A stretch of DNA of 64,000 bases from the human T2T-CHM13v2.0 reference genome, Homo sapiens (GCF_009914755.1 NC_060930.1); one strand, 5' to 3'. Shown: positions 17,878-54,575, counted from the first letter of the stretch. Notes: a model not told the origin generated them from the letters alone. Numbers and translations: made by a program.

Positions 17878-18694
17878 TGAGGCAGTTGAGGGCATGAAAG
17901 TAAATAAGCTGAGCTCATCAGAGGCCTTGTATTGTGGTGGTTAAAAGAGCCAGTTCTAGGACTAGAAAGCCTGGCTTGAAATCCCAGCTCTGCCACTCCC
18001 TAGTGGTGTGACTTTAGCAAGTTCCTTTACCTCTTTTGTACCTCCCTTTTCTCACCTGTAAGATATGGGTGATAATAGTTTAATATTTGTTTTGTTGTTG
18101 TGAGGATTAAAGGTGTTAATGCAAGTAAACCACTTAGAACCACAGCACATAGAATATCTCAGTAAGGTGGTTAGTTTTTTTTATTGTTGTTTTCAGAGAT
18201 GCTGTGATTTCTCCAAAGTGGCTGTGATGGCTCGGCAGGCTCCTGACCCTCTCTGCTCCCACATGCCTCCACCCTCATCCTGATCTCCCATCCAGCTTTT
18301 GACAGCTTGCTTGGTGCTGGACAATTGCACACATCTTACCACCCCCAAATCCTGCCCAGAAGCATCTTGTGCATAACTCTCCTACCTGAATATGCAACAG
18401 GGAGAAAGAGCGTCCCAGGACATTTTAGGTTTTTGAAGAAAAAAAAACCCCTTTGGTAAAAAGCCAGAGATCCACAGCGGCCACTTTTTCCATGGGATTG
18501 ACCCCTGCAATCTTGACTTTCAACCACACAGCACCAGAGTAGCCAAACATTGCTTGTGTCCAAACGCTGGCTGCCTTGAAGGGTGAAAGAATAAGCAGTT
18601 CCCAAACTCAGCTGACCTTAATGTCCTTCTAGCTCCTTACGCCCATCTCGGACAAAAACAGAAATGTATGTCTCAGTTGTGTTTCTACCCCTTG

Positions 18695-18912
18695 CTGCCC
18701 AATATAAATTTTTGTGTTGCCCAATATAATTTTTTGTGACGATGGAAATGTTCTGTATTTGTGTTGTCTGATGAGATAACCACTAACTGTAGTGCTATTG
18801 AGCATTTGAAACATGGCTAGTGTAATCAATGAACCAAATTTTTAATTTTATTTAATTGTAATTAATTTTAAGTGGCCACATGCAGGGAGTGACTGCTGCA
18901 TTGGACAGCACG
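18695..18912. mobile_element. MER3-like hAT-Charlie element
   Basis: 'gatggaaatgttctgtat...gctattgagcatttgaaa...attggacagcac'. Confidence 0.7.
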
Positions 18913-19499
18913 GCTCTAAATTGAGCCTTTTTTCCTTATTTGGTGAGGCATACTTGCCTTAAGATTGGGAAGTCTATTTTTGGAACCTGCTACCAATGCT
19001 GGTCTCACACTTGCAATTCTCAGCTGAGCCAAGAGGTGAGAGAAAGGTCATTTTCCATTCCAGATCTCACTCTCCCCTGTGACACTGAGGAAACTGGCAA
19101 GTGATGTGAAGGCTGGAGAGCGTGTCCTGTATGCTGGCTCTGTCCCTTCTGCCTGTGTTGACTGACATAGTTAGTTGCTGCCCTTGCTGGTCTCCCTTCC
19201 TCCAACCTTGCCTCTCTGAGCACACCTGACATTCATCTCATGACTTCCCTAAAAACATTCTTTGGGAACAAGAAACTAACAAATCCCAAGTGACCTATCA
19301 CATATACAAACATACAGGGCAGAGTTTGGATTCGCGGTAGAAGAAAGGGAGGTTAGACATTAAGAAGAATGGTCTGGTGATGACAGTTGTGAGATAATAG
19401 AAACAGGAAAAAGAAATCTAAGTTTTCTTTCTTTTTTTAAGAACCAATAATAATTTCTCTCTTTTGACTAGTCAGTAGGGCTGGGGTGGATTGGAGGAA

Positions 19500-19905
19500 G
19501 CTTACATATTCCATGAACAAGCCTCTTCCTAAGGTCCTGTAAGTGATCCTGCCCCACTGATTAGCCCCTAGAAGACCCTTCAAAGGTTGGATCTCCAGGA
19601 GGGAGTGGGGGAGGAAAGCCCTGTACCAGGCAGCCTCTGCTCCATTGCTCTGGGGGGGTGGGGAAGGCAAACCCTGGTCATCCCCTCAGTCTGTAGCCCT
19701 TTTGTGTGAGTGCCTGGCAAGGGTGACGTGGGGCTGTTTCTGCGGGCACAGCTGCAGCAATTACCGGAGTGGAGGCAGGGCCCAGGCAGCACTGCCCTCC
19801 AAGATCTTCCCTTGGGCTTTTCAGCAGTAAGGGGACATGCACCCCAAGGGCCTCCACTTGGCCTGACCTTGCTGCGGGGGCTCTCTGTCCCCAGGAACAG
19901 TAGAG
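19500..19905 (+). promoter_or_regulatory. MOG: MOG proximal promoter and 5'UTR
   Basis: Repeat-free GC-rich sequence directly upstream of the ATG, G-rich tracts, TGACGT half-CRE near 19724; TSS cannot be fixed from sequence. Confidence 0.6.
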
Positions 19906-33875
<13,970 letters not shown>

Positions 33876-34111
33876 GTGATGTCACATCTTGGCAGGGGTG
33901 GAGGAGAGCCTGGTTGCCCAGGGATTTGTCCTTGGGGACATCTCATCCATCAAGTTGCACACTCACTGGCATCTTTGCTATGGGGACATTCCAATTTGCA
34001 CTTTCAGGAACACTCTGAATTCCAAGTAGAATTGATTTCCCTTCTTCTGTCATCTACCTTTTCTCTTCATTTTCCCATTTTTATTACCCTTCTTTCCATT
34101 TCTCTCTCCAG

Positions 34112-34140
34112 TCTTCCACCTGGAAGCCCTCTCTGGCTAA
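34112..34140 (+). CDS. MOG: MOG terminal exon, beta acceptor (LFHLEALSG*)
   Basis: Long pyrimidine tract + ccAG at 34110-11; TC TTC CAC CTG GAA GCC CTC TCT GGC TAA. Confidence 0.93.
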
Positions 34141-34678
34141 GGACAGGCAGGTGCCCCTCTCTCCATCAGAGGACACCTGTACTGGAGAGCAACACAGGAT
34201 GGTCTCTGCCATGAACTGGAGGCCAGGAATCTCCTCACTGAAAATTACAGTATGGTAACTTTGCAAATGGTGGTTGTTTCTTCCAAGACTCCAGCCCTGA
34301 TTGCGCAAAACTGAAAGGCATGTGAAGGGAAGGAAGAGGAAGAGTGCAAAACATTGAAGAGAGAGCTGAGTGAGCTGAAGAGTGAGGATATGAGTAGCCC
34401 CAACCCAAACCTGGAGATGGGGAGAAACCTACAGAATACTAGCCAGAGCTCCTCCTTGTCTTGGCAGCCTACTAGGGACCTGGGGAAGCAAAAACGAAAG
34501 CTGGGCAACATGCCTGCTTTAGAATGTTTTCCTTCTACTTACACATCTTCCACAGGTCTCAGAATCTTTCCTTCCTCTCATCCTTTTCTCCTATCTTCAT
34601 ATCTATCAGAGTATCCACTGTTTATTCAACAACTACTACTTGATGGTCAGACACAAACAAACAAGCTAGGTGCTAATT

Positions 34679-35066
<388 letters not shown>

Positions 35067-35197
35067 CTAACCCCTTGTCTTTTATGTATTTCCTTCCTTA
35101 TCCACGCACCTGTCTCCCTCTACTCCAGCCTCATTACCCCAGAGGTCAGTCCTCAGGAAAACTAAACACAAAGAAAGAGCTCAGTCAGAAAGGCCAT

Positions 35198-40091
<4,894 letters not shown>

Positions 40092-40492
40092 CTGAGGTCA
40101 GAGAAAAACAAAACATATCAGCAAGAGGGAGGGTAAGAAACAGCTTCCTTATTTGGTCAGGGAATGCCAGCAGTTACTAAACCCCTACAGTGTGCCACTG
40201 GATGCTCTCAGCAATGAGGTAACAATTACTGGCCCTGTCTTAAGGACCTAATGCAGAGATGCTAAATAATTTTCCAAGGACAAGTGGACATTCTTGATCT
40301 ACAAAAGTTAATGTTTAAACCTAATGTTAATGTTAGACTCAGTACCATTGGAAATCATGTAGCTGGGGTAACCAGGCTAGGATCTGTCACAGATCACCTC
40401 GAGTGAGTCTCTTTATTCTTTCTGACTTGGTTTCATCAGAAATGTGAGAATAAAGGAGACACTCTCTAAGATCTCTTCCATGACCAAAATTA

Positions 40493-40493
40493 T

Positions 40494-40536
<43 letters not shown>
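40493..40536 (+). repeat. (CA)n microsatellite
   Basis: Direct inspection. Confidence 0.93.
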
Positions 40537-40538
<2 letters not shown>

Positions 40539-40564
40539 TCTGTGATCTGGATTTTCAATACATG

Positions 40565-41833
40565 TAGTAGTTCCACTTTATCATGGTTTTGCTTTTCAAT
40601 GCTTCAGTTACCCATGGTCAACCATGGTTCAAAAATATTAAATGAAAAATTCCGGAGGACAGGCACAGTGGCTCACACCTGTAATCCCAGCATTTTGGGA
40701 GGCTGAGGTAGGCAGATCATCTGAGGTCAGGGGTTCGAGATCAGCCTGGTCAACATGGTGAAACCCTGTCTCTACTAAAAATACAAAAAGAAAATAGCTG
40801 GGCATAGTGGCACACATCTGTAATCCCAGCAACTCAGGAGGCTGAGGCAGGAGAATCACTTGAACCCTGGAGGTGGACGTTGCCATGAGCCAAGACTGTG
40901 CCACTGCACTCCAGCCTGGGACATAGAGCGAGACTCCGTCTCAAAAAAAAATCCAGAGATAAACAATTCCTAAGTTTTAAATTGCTTGACATTCTGAGTA
41001 GTGTGATGAAATCTTGTACCTTTTCTCTCTGGCCTGCCCAGGATGTGAATCATCCCTTTGACTAGCATATCCACACTGCAGACAATACCTGCCCATTAGT
41101 TCCTTAGTAGCTAGCCATCTCAGTTATCAGGTTGACTACTGTAGTATAGCAGTTGCCTGTGCTCAAGAATGCCTTATTTTACTTAATAATGACCCAAAAG
41201 CACAAGAGTAGAGACGCTGGAAATTCAGATATGCAAAGAGAAGCCATAAAATAAAAAGGTAAAAATTCTTGTCTTAAGGAAAGAAAAAATAATCATATGC
41301 TGAGGTTGCTAAGATTTACAATATAAATTATTTTGAGAGAGATACCACATTCATACAACTTTTATTACAATATATTGCTGTAATTGTTCTTATTACTAGT
41401 TATTGTTGTCAATCTCTTACCATGCCTAATTTGTAAATTAAACTTTATCATTATTATGTATGTATAGAAAAAGAAAACCATAGTGTATACAGGGTTTGGT
41501 ACTATTCATGGTTTCAAAGTATCCACTGGGGTGGGGCGCGGTGGATCACTTCAGGGCAGGAATTTGAGACCAGCCTGGCCAACATGGTGAAACCCCGTCT
41601 CTACTGAAAATACAAAAATTAGCTGGGCGTGGTGGCACGCTGTAGTCCCAGCTGCTCAGGATGCTGAGGCAGAATTACTTGAACCCGTGAGGTGAAGGTT
41701 GCAGTGAGCCAAGACTGTGCCACTGTACTCCAGCCTGGGTGACAGAGCGAGATTCTGCCTCAAACAACAACAAAAACCAAAGTATCCACTAGAGCTCTTG
41801 GAACATATCACCTGTGGATAAGGGGAACCACTG
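40565..41833. mobile_element. MER44/Tigger7-like DNA transposon interrupted by two Alus
   Basis: Terminal 'tagtagttccactttatc' and 'gataaggggaaccactg' inverted ends. Confidence 0.65.
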
Positions 41834-42415
41834 TATACACAGATCTTTGTGAAGAATACTGCTAACAACCCAAGAGCAATCACTTATTCAGGGCTCACAA
41901 TGAGCCCAGCACTGGAGTTCCCTGCTCATCCTTGGAAATTTCCTGCTCAGATGCAAACATAGCTGAACTCTCACCTTTTCCTGCTGACAGCCACTCACCC
42001 ACATCTCCCTTACTAGAGATAGAAAGAAAAGAATAAAGACCAAAAAACCCTGTTGACTATTTTTTCCTTTCACTTTTTGAGAAGTGTTAATAGAACTGAA
42101 AATACCAGCAAGGAAAAACGCCCTCGAGGAATAGAGTTAATTGGATCTCCAAAATGTTGTCATGAAAGGTGCATTCCTGGGATATGAATTTGATTTCCTT
42201 CCTTTCTTCCTCTCTCTTTCTTTCCTCTCTCTCCCTTTCCTTTCCTGTCTTTCAAAACCATTCGCACTCCTTTTATGAGGCATGCAGATCTTGGATTATT
42301 CTTCCACTTTCCAGCCAACTGCACTTCAAAACAGCCTTAATAAGGCTGGGCACGGTGGCTCAGCCTGTAATCCCAACACTTGGGGAGGCCGAGGCGGGCG
42401 GATCACCTGAGGTCA

Positions 42416-42652
<237 letters not shown>

Positions 42653-43179
42653 TTAGTAACAGTGCCCTCAAGAACCTGGCCTTCCAGTTCTCTGGCAGAG
42701 AAGACCTACTGCTGCCGCTAGTCCTCAAGATGGCATTTGCTGGAGGCGGTAGGCAGAGGCCCTAAGTGTGGATTCTAACCCCCGTGGGGACTGAATCTCT
42801 GCGGCTGTTGCTTGCCCAGGCACGTTTGCCTCCCATGAACTTCCTTCATCCACAGGGCCCCAAACCTCATGCCGGCGGGAGGAGGAAGGAGACTGGGCAT
42901 AACTCATCAGACTTTCGACTGTAAGAGCTGGAGGCCGCCTGCGGGCTTATCTGTACCCGGGCCTGTCCCCACCCTTCCAGAATGTAAATCCTCTGAGGGA
43001 ATGTGTCGTCGCCATCTTTCAGTCCTTTGAGTGCACCCAGTCTCTCTCCAACCCAAAACCCTTTATCCACGGCAATTGTGAGAATGATAAGAATCCCCCT
43101 CACCCCTCACACCGCAAACAGTTGCAATGCTTAGTGGGATTCACCCTTGTTGTCACCAACCCTGCTACTCCAGCCACGT

Positions 43180-44060
43180 GAGTTTTCCGCCTGTCAGCCA
43201 AGCAAAATGGCCTTCCTGCAGTCGCACGGCCCTTTGGTCTCTGCTCAGGGCTTCGGGGACCCTTTCCAGCCATTGCCCTGCACCTACCCACCAGATCGCC
43301 GCCCTGGTGGGCGCTCCTGGCCCTGTCCCCCGCGCTTAGTTTGTCATTGCGCGCCCAGATCCGGAACCCCAGCCTCGAAGCTTCCGGTGGCCGGGAACAA
43401 AGCCGGTTTTGCTCACTGTTGCCTGGCAAAGCAGGCGCTTGTTAGCACCCACTGAATACGCTTATGTGCTCAGAAACGGTCCCATTGGTTGGGACTACCT
43501 TCCCCGATGCCCATCTGCCCAGAATCTTCCTTCTGGGATGCCGACTTTTTCAACACGTGCCAGGAGCCCTTCCTCGGCCCGGAATCCCCAGAGTGCCCAC
43601 AGTGGACAGGGCACCTGGATACACCCCAGACTAACCCACGTTTCCCCGGAGGACCCCAGAGGTTGGAAGCCCCTCCAAGATTAGGGGCGCAGTGCTCCCC
43701 TGGCCTGCGGAAGAGTCAGAGGAGTGGGGACAACATCCAACATCAGCCTCTACTACCGCTAGCGCGACTCCCCGCCGCCGCTCTACTCACCTGACGCGCG
43801 CAGTGGACCGCGATTTAGGGGCACAGGGTCTCCCGGGGACCAGCGGCTGGAGCGCTCCGGCCGAGCACCCGCAGTCCCGGCGCCGCGGCCCCGCCCCGGC
43901 CCCGCCCTCTTCCGCTCCCTCCCAGTCATCAGGCCACCGAGAATGTGCCCCTTGACCCAGATGAGAGGGTGAGCCCGCCAAGGTCAAGCTTCCCATCCTA
44001 AGAATCACAGACAGCCCGGCCATGCACCACCACTTCGAGCCTCCGACCAACTGATAGCTG
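43180..44060 (-). promoter_or_regulatory. ZFP57: CpG-rich ZFP57 promoter (position fits the known variably methylated region upstream of ZFP57)
   Basis: Non-Alu CpG-dense DNA; GGGCGGGG Sp1 boxes at 43889-43907; YY1-like AAAATGGC near 43204. Confidence 0.75.
43791..43880 (-). other. ZFP57: ZFP57 non-coding first exon (5' end approximate)
   Basis: Consensus donor CAG|GTGAGT at 43791/90 on the minus strand, just downstream of tandem GC boxes in CpG-rich DNA. Confidence 0.7.
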
Positions 44061-44211
44061 CTGGTCCCAAGTAGCGCTAGGATTTTCGCTTTCCCAGTCT
44101 TAATTGACTCTAAAAGAAGAAGAAAAAAAAGCCTGGGCGCGATTGCTCACACCTGTAATTCCGGCACTTTGGGAGGTCGAGGCTGGTGAATTACCTGAAG
44201 TCAGGAGTTCA

Positions 44212-44565
<354 letters not shown>

Positions 44566-45409
44566 TCAGAAGTTCGACCTCAGCGTGGCCAATATGGCGA
44601 AACCTTGTCCCTATTAAAAATACAAAAGTTAGCCGGTGGTGGTGACGCACACCTGTAATCCCAGCTACTTGGGAGACATTGCCGTTACTGGGCAAGTGTT
44701 CTTTCAAGAGCATCTTATCTGAATTACTATAGTACTAAAGAATGTCTAGGCTGGGCCCCCGTGGCTCACTCCTGGAATGCTAACACTTTGGGAAGCTGAG
44801 GAGGGAGGATTGCTGGAGGCCAGGAGTTCAAGACCAACCTGGGCAACATAGCAAGACCCTTTCTCTAGAAAAAATGAAAACAACTTGGCCAGGTGTGGTG
44901 GTACATGCCTTTAGTCCTAGGTGCTTAGGAGGTTGAGGTGGGAGGATTGCTTGAGCTCAGGAGTTTGAGGTTACAGTGAGCTATGATTGCACCACTGCAT
45001 TCCAGCCTTGGCAATGGAGTGAGGCCCTATTTCTAAACAGAACAAAAAAAAAGAATGCCTGCTGATAAACCTTGTGACAGGACATTCATGAAGGATGAAG
45101 AAAAGATTTCTTTTATTTTTTTATTTTTATTTTTTTGAGACAGAGTCTCGCTCTGTTGCCCCGGCTGGAGTGCAGTGGCGCCATCTCAGCTCACTGCAAC
45201 CTCCAACTCCTGAGTAGCTGGGATTACAGGTGCGTGCCACCATACCCGGTTAATTTTTTTTTTTTTTTTTTTTTTTTAGTACACACAGGGTTTCACCATG
45301 TTGGTCAGGCTGGTCTCAAACTCCTGACCTCATGATCTGCCTGCCTCAGCCTCCCAAAGTGCTGGGATTACAGGCGTGAGCCACCGCGCCCGGCTAGAAA
45401 AGATTTCTT

Positions 45410-45573
45410 TCTTTTTTCTTTTTTTTTTTTTAATTATACTGTAAGTTTTAGGGTACATATGCACAACATGCCGGTTAGTTACATATGTATACATGTGCCA
45501 TGTTGGTGTGCTGCACCCATAACTCATCATTTAACATTAGATATATCTCCTAATGCTATCCCTCCCCACTCCC
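45410..45573 (-). mobile_element. 5'-truncated L1PA 3' end
   Basis: Antisense L1 3'UTR 'ttattatact..aagttttagggtacat..catgtgccatgttggtgtgctgcaccca'; TSD TAGAAAAGATTTCTT on both sides. Confidence 0.9.
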
Positions 45574-45576
45574 TAG

Positions 45577-46462
<886 letters not shown>

Positions 46463-47342
46463 TGAGACCTTGAGGGTATAAGGAGGTAGCATGTCAATGC
46501 TTGTTAAGAAAGAATGGCAACAACTGTGCTGCCTTACAGATCAGCACCTTCTGCAGTCTGCGAGCCCAACCTTAGATCCATTTGTAGGCAACAGTAAAAG
46601 GTCTCATATTTTCATCGCAGTGAGCCCTGACTGCCATCAGGAAGATTTGGTCCTCTAGGTAAGATTTCCCTGAGACAAAGTACTATGGGAAATCAAGTGC
46701 ATATTCAGCCTCTTAGTACTCTGGGTTGGTGTTACCGTACTGACGAAGGCGATCCATTGATGAAAAACAAACTGACCTAAAGAAATGTAAATAAATGCTT
46801 GCAGTCAGCCCTGTTCCTCTGAAAAATTCCCCTAGCCCTTATGTTGAAACCTGATGAGAACTTTAAAAATGTTAACTTGGTAATGGATGGAATCCTCCTC
46901 ATTCAAGGTTACCCCTGTGCAAGTCAAGCTCAAGTCAGCCTGAAGGTGCAAACCCCATGGACTCAGCCAGAGCCTATGGCTGTGGGTGCTAGATCCAAGG
47001 CCAAAACTGATGGCATCAGCCATCAGGATGTTTCTGCCCAATATAAAGTATTGGGTGGGCTGAGAACACTGAAAGCTTGCCATGCAGAAAGAAACTGAAA
47101 GTAAATGCGTGACTTTAATGGAACAGAACTTGTTTCTCCCTCCATGCTCCCAATCCCTTTAGATCCCTTTATCTCACCTCAGCCACTTTAAGACAAAAGG
47201 TGATTAGAGGTGTAGAGAAGTTCTAATGGGATACATTCATTTGCAGTAGTCCCCCAAGGTACTGTGATAGGCAGAATTCTAAAGATGCTTTCCCCCTCAA
47301 GATTGCTTCCCCTGGTTATTCAGTCAAATACTAATCAAAGTA

Positions 47343-47796
47343 CAGATGCTCTTCAATTTAAAATGGGGTTATGTTTCAATAAAACCATTGTAACTGAAAA
47401 ATATTTTCAAGTGGAAAATGTATTTAATGCACCTAACCTACTGAATATATTAGCTCAGCCTAGCCTACCTTAAATGTGCTCAGAACACATTTGCCTACAG
47501 TTGGGCAAAATCACTTAACACAAATCCCCTTGTATGATAAAGTGTTGACTATCTCATGTAACTGGTTGCATACAGTACAGTATAGAGTACAGTATCAGTT
47601 GTTACCATCATAATTGTGTGGCTGATGGGAGCTGCAGCTCACTACTGCTGTCCAGCACCGTCACAGAGTATCATACTCTCTAACCCAGGAAAATATCAAA
47701 ATTCAAAGTACAGTTTATACTGAATGTGTGTTGCTTTCACATCATCATAAAGTTGAAAAACTGTAAGTTGAGCCATCGTAAATCAGGGACCATCTG
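47343..47796. mobile_element. MER47-like Tigger DNA transposon nested in an MLT1-like LTR (~47264-48085)
   Basis: CAGATG...CATCTG inverted ends; internal 'agcctagcctaccttaaa..gctcagaaca..cagttgggcaaaatca'. Confidence 0.65.
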
Positions 47797-48995
47797 CACC
47801 ACTATGTAGGGATTATGCTGTTGTAATTGAAGTCCCAAGACAATTGACCATAAAACAGGTTATCTGGTTGGGCCTGATCTAACCACATGAACTCCTTAAG
47901 GGGCAGAAAAAACAAAGATCAAAGAGAAGTTGGGAAGATTCAAAGCAAAAGAAGTATTCAGTGTACCATGGCTGTGTTTCAAGATGGAGGTGGCCATGAG
48001 CAAAAGAATGCAGGTAACTTCCAGAAGCTGAGAGCAACCCTTGGTTGACAGCTAGCAAGGAAACAGGAACCTAATTCCTATAATCACTTCTTCTCCCCTT
48101 GTCTTCTTCCCTTTCTTCGTGTGTAAGCGCATTATACTATCTCTGTAAGCACAAAAATTGCCTAAAATTTAAGTGTAGTTTTCTGATCGCTTGTAAAACT
48201 GACACAGCTATAATTATCATCCATGTTAAAAACACCATCCCAGTTAGAAACCTGTGAGCCTCTCCCCAAGCAGAACCCATTTATCCTACACAGGTGTCAT
48301 CAGAGCTGATTCCTTTCTATGCCCCTTTACCTCTAATGTCCCTATTCTGCTCCTGTTTTCACTTCACCAGCAGCTTCTCCAACTCCCTAGGCCAATGCCC
48401 TGAGAATTTCCCTTCCTCTCCCCCATCCTAGGGATGGAGAGTAGGGGTTGGTCCCCAGGATAAGCCACATTTATCCCTGGAAGCAGCAGCAGAAGTGACA
48501 GTATGTTTGTGGGGTCCACTTGTAACCTGGGAACCACTTGTTTTGGCCTGGAAACCTCGCTCTGTCCCGAGGTCAGAATCCACGGTCACTAGGTGGAGAG
48601 GAAACATCTATGTCAGCGTGGATTTGGGAAACACTTCAGATTCCGAGCCTAACACGGGACTGGGGCGCCCCCTTGGGTACGTTGTCCTGTCCAGTTGCTG
48701 AAAGCCAAAGGTGACAATGGGGAGGTCTCAACCTGAGGAGGAGGCCAAAAGAGTCCGGTCTTCTGTTCTCAGCCCGGTGACCACACACAAGTGCCGATGT
48801 TCTGCTCTCTTGGATTCTGATTGAGCAGCCTGGGAGAGGACTGGGCTGCAGTCTAAACTGGACAGATATGGCTGGTGTGGAGGCTGGCTGTCAATGAGGG
48901 AGTGAAGGTCAGCCGCCCGAAAAGTAGATAATTTTTACTTCCACTTTCTTTTTCTTTCCTGAGCACTAGTTATAAAAATATCCTTTTAAAATCTA

Positions 48996-49299
<304 letters not shown>

Positions 49300-51199
49300 T
49301 CAAATCAAATCTACAATATTTTTGGATTTACAGAAAAGTTGCAAAGATAGTACATAATTCTCGTATGTTCCACATTCAGTTTCCCCTATTATTAATGTCT
49401 TATTTTATTATACATTTGTGACAGGTTATGAAACAATATTGATACATTGTTACTAACTCCTATTTTATTTGGATTTTATTCTTTTCCCTAACATCACTTT
49501 TATGTTCCAGGATCCCATCCAGGATACATTACATTTAGTCCCCTTTATATCTCCTTAGCCTCCTCTGGTCTGTGACAATTTCTCAGACCTCGTTTTTGAT
49601 AATTTGGTATTTCTTGAGGAGTACTAGTGAGGCATATTGTAAAATGTTCCTTAATTTGAGTGTGGTTGACAGGGCTATAGGTTTGGGGGAAGAAGAGCAC
49701 AGAGATGAAATGCAATACTCTCAATACAACATACCAAGAGTGTATATTACCCAGTTGATTTATCAAATGATTATGTTAACCTCCATCACTTGGCTAGGGC
49801 AGTGTTTCCCAGTCTATAATATATAATTTTTAATAGCAGCCCAAAAAGACTAAAACACTTGCCCTTGCATGAAGAACCCTGTCTGACTTCTGGGAGCCCA
49901 AGGAGACGCAGGGGAGGTCCACAGCGAGAAGAAAAGGGGGCTCAGGTCGTCTGTCCTCAGGTCTATGGCCACTTGGGGGTGGCACCTCTCTGGTGTCTCA
50001 GACACAAATTGAGCAATCAGAAAAGGCTGGGATGTCTGTGGTCTGAGTTGGGCAGAGGTGGCTGACCCTGGAACCTGACATCAATAGGGGGATGAAGACA
50101 ATTTCTGAGCAGCCCCAGTAGTCAGAGGACAAGAGAACTCTGGAGCCCCGCACTGTCTCTGAGGTTCCAATCTTTTCTCCCTCTTCGCAGCCCCTTGATA
50201 GGAAACCCTGGGAAAACTAAAAAGTATACTGTTTTTTCTTTAACTCCCTATTCCTTTCCTCTTCTGAGGGTTGTTGTTGTTGTTGTTTTTAATAAACTTA
50301 TTAATTTTAGAATACTTTTAGATTACACAAAAGTTGAAAAGATAATACATAGTTCTCACATATGTCACACTCAGCTCCCCATTGTTAACATATTTTTTTT
50401 TTTTTTTGAGGGAGTCTCACTCTGTCGCCCAGGCTGAAGTGCAGTGGCACGATTTCGGCTCACTGCAACCTCTGCCTCCGGGTTTCAAGCCATTCTCCTG
50501 CCTCAGCCTCCTGAGTAGCTAGGATTACAGGTGCGTGCCACCATGCCCAGCTAGTTTTTGTAGTTTTAGTAAAGACAGGGTTCCACCACATTGGCCAGGC
50601 TGGTCTCGAACTCCTGACCTCAGGTGATCTACCCGCTCAGCTTCCCAAAGTGCTGGCATTACAGGTGTGTGCCACTGTCCCCAGCCCCATTGTTAACATC
50701 TTATATCACTATTATACATTTTTCACAACCAGTGAGACAATATTAATATAGTATCACTAAACTTTATTTCGATTTCATTAGCTCTTTCTGTTTTGAAACA
50801 AAGTCTTGCTCTGTCACCCAGGCCGGAGTGCAATGGCATGATGTCCACTCACTGCAACCTCCACCTCCCGAGTTCAAATGATTTTCATGCCTCAGCCTCC
50901 TGAATAGCTGTGACTACAGACACATGCCACCGTGCCTGGCTGATTTCTGTATTTTTAGTAGAGACAGGATTTCACCATGTTGGTCAGGCTGGTCTCTTAC
51001 TCCTGACCTAAAGTGATCCACCCGCCTTGGCCTCCCAAAGTGCTAGGATTACAGGTGTGAGCCACCATGCCCAGCCAGGTTTCATTAGTTCTTTTAACTT
51101 CCTTTTTCTGTCACAGGATTTCATCGAGGATATCACATTGTATTTAGTCCTAATCATGTCTCCTTAAGGCTCCTCCAGGTTGACTTTGTTTTCAATGAC

Positions 51200-52001
<802 letters not shown>

Positions 52002-52638
52002 TCAGAGTAAATAGGTAAGAATTCCACAAAACTCAATGTACTGAAGGTTCATTTTACTCTCTAAAGGAGGAAGAATAGTCGTCTTGATGGGTGTGTTTAA
52101 GGGGCAATGATTGTGATGGAGTCTCAAATATTTCCTGACAGATTTTCTGATGTGTAACAATTTTCCTGAAAATGCAAATGATTCAGATCTTTTCTTTATC
52201 TTTCATTGTTTATTAATATCATATAAACACCAGCCTGACAAAAATGGTGAAACCCCATCTCTACTAAAAATACAAAAATTGGCCGGGCGTGGTGGCACGT
52301 GCCTGTAATCCCAGCTACTCAGGAGGCTGAGGCAGGAGAATCCCGTGAACCAGGGAGGCAGAAGTTTGCAGTGAGCCGAGATCGCGCCATTACACTCCAG
52401 CCTGGGCGACAGAGTGAGACTCTGTCCGCCCCGCGCCCCCCTCCCCCCACAAAAAATAAACAGCAGAACACCTTAACTATGAAGAGAATACAATATCATT
52501 CATTTGCTCTCTTTTTTTCTAGTATCATTTATCACACACACACACCCTCACACCTTTTGCTCAATAGGTAAACATCTCTTTCACTTCTGTATCACTTTCT
52601 TTCTTTCTTTCTTTCTTTTTTTTTTTTTTTTTTTTTGA

Positions 52639-52797
<159 letters not shown>

Positions 52798-52837
52798 TGA
52801 GTTTCACCTGTTAGCCAGGATGGTCTCGATCTCCTGA

Positions 52838-53143
<306 letters not shown>

Positions 53144-53892
53144 TAGTGATCCGCCCGCCTCGGCCTCCCAAAGTGCTGGGATGATAGGCGTGAGCCACCG
53201 CGCCCGGCCTTTTTAAGACAGAGTTTCGCTCTTGTTGCCCAGGCTGGAGTGCAATGGCCCGATCTTGGCCCACCACAACCTCTGCCTCCTGGGTTCAAGT
53301 CAAGCGATTCTCCTGCTTCAGCCTTCCGAGTAGCTGGGATTACAGGCATGCACCACCACGCCTGCCTAATTTGTATTTTCAGTAGAGAGGGGGTTTCTCC
53401 ATGTTGGTCAGGCTGGTCTCAAACTCCCAACCTCAGGTGATCCGCCGGCCTTGGCCTCCCAATTTCCTGGGATTACAGGCGTGAGCCACCGCACCCAGCC
53501 TGGTTTAATACTTTTTATTTAGTGGCACAATGCCCAGGAATGAATTAAAGTCATTAAATGAGGACTAGGTTGCTATGCACTTGGCTGTTTCTGGACTTCC
53601 TGTGCTGTTCCATTGGTTGGTCTATTCATTCACCAGTGCCACACTGTTCTAGTGACAGGGAATTTGTAAAATATTTAACTATTAGGCATAACTAGACACC
53701 CAATTCTCAATTTGTTTTTTTCCCCCAAGGGATTTTCTAATTATTCTTATTTATTTTCTCATGTGAACTTTATAATCTACTTGTCTAGCTTGAGAAAAAA
53801 AGTAGTTGTTGGCATTTTGATTAAGAGGTATTACATTTGAAAATTTACTCTGCAAATGTGCTGTATAGTCTTCCTATTTGAGAATGTTCTTC

Positions 53893-54575
<683 letters not shown>

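Noticed and set aside
42725-42907. 60-aa minus-strand ORF in ZFP57 intron 1 with a nearby acceptor-like AG
   Set aside because: No homology or convincing donor; insufficient evidence for an exon
48660-48682. Reverse CTCF-like motif (AGGGGGCGC)
   Set aside because: The 5' half of the core has several mismatches; too weak to call
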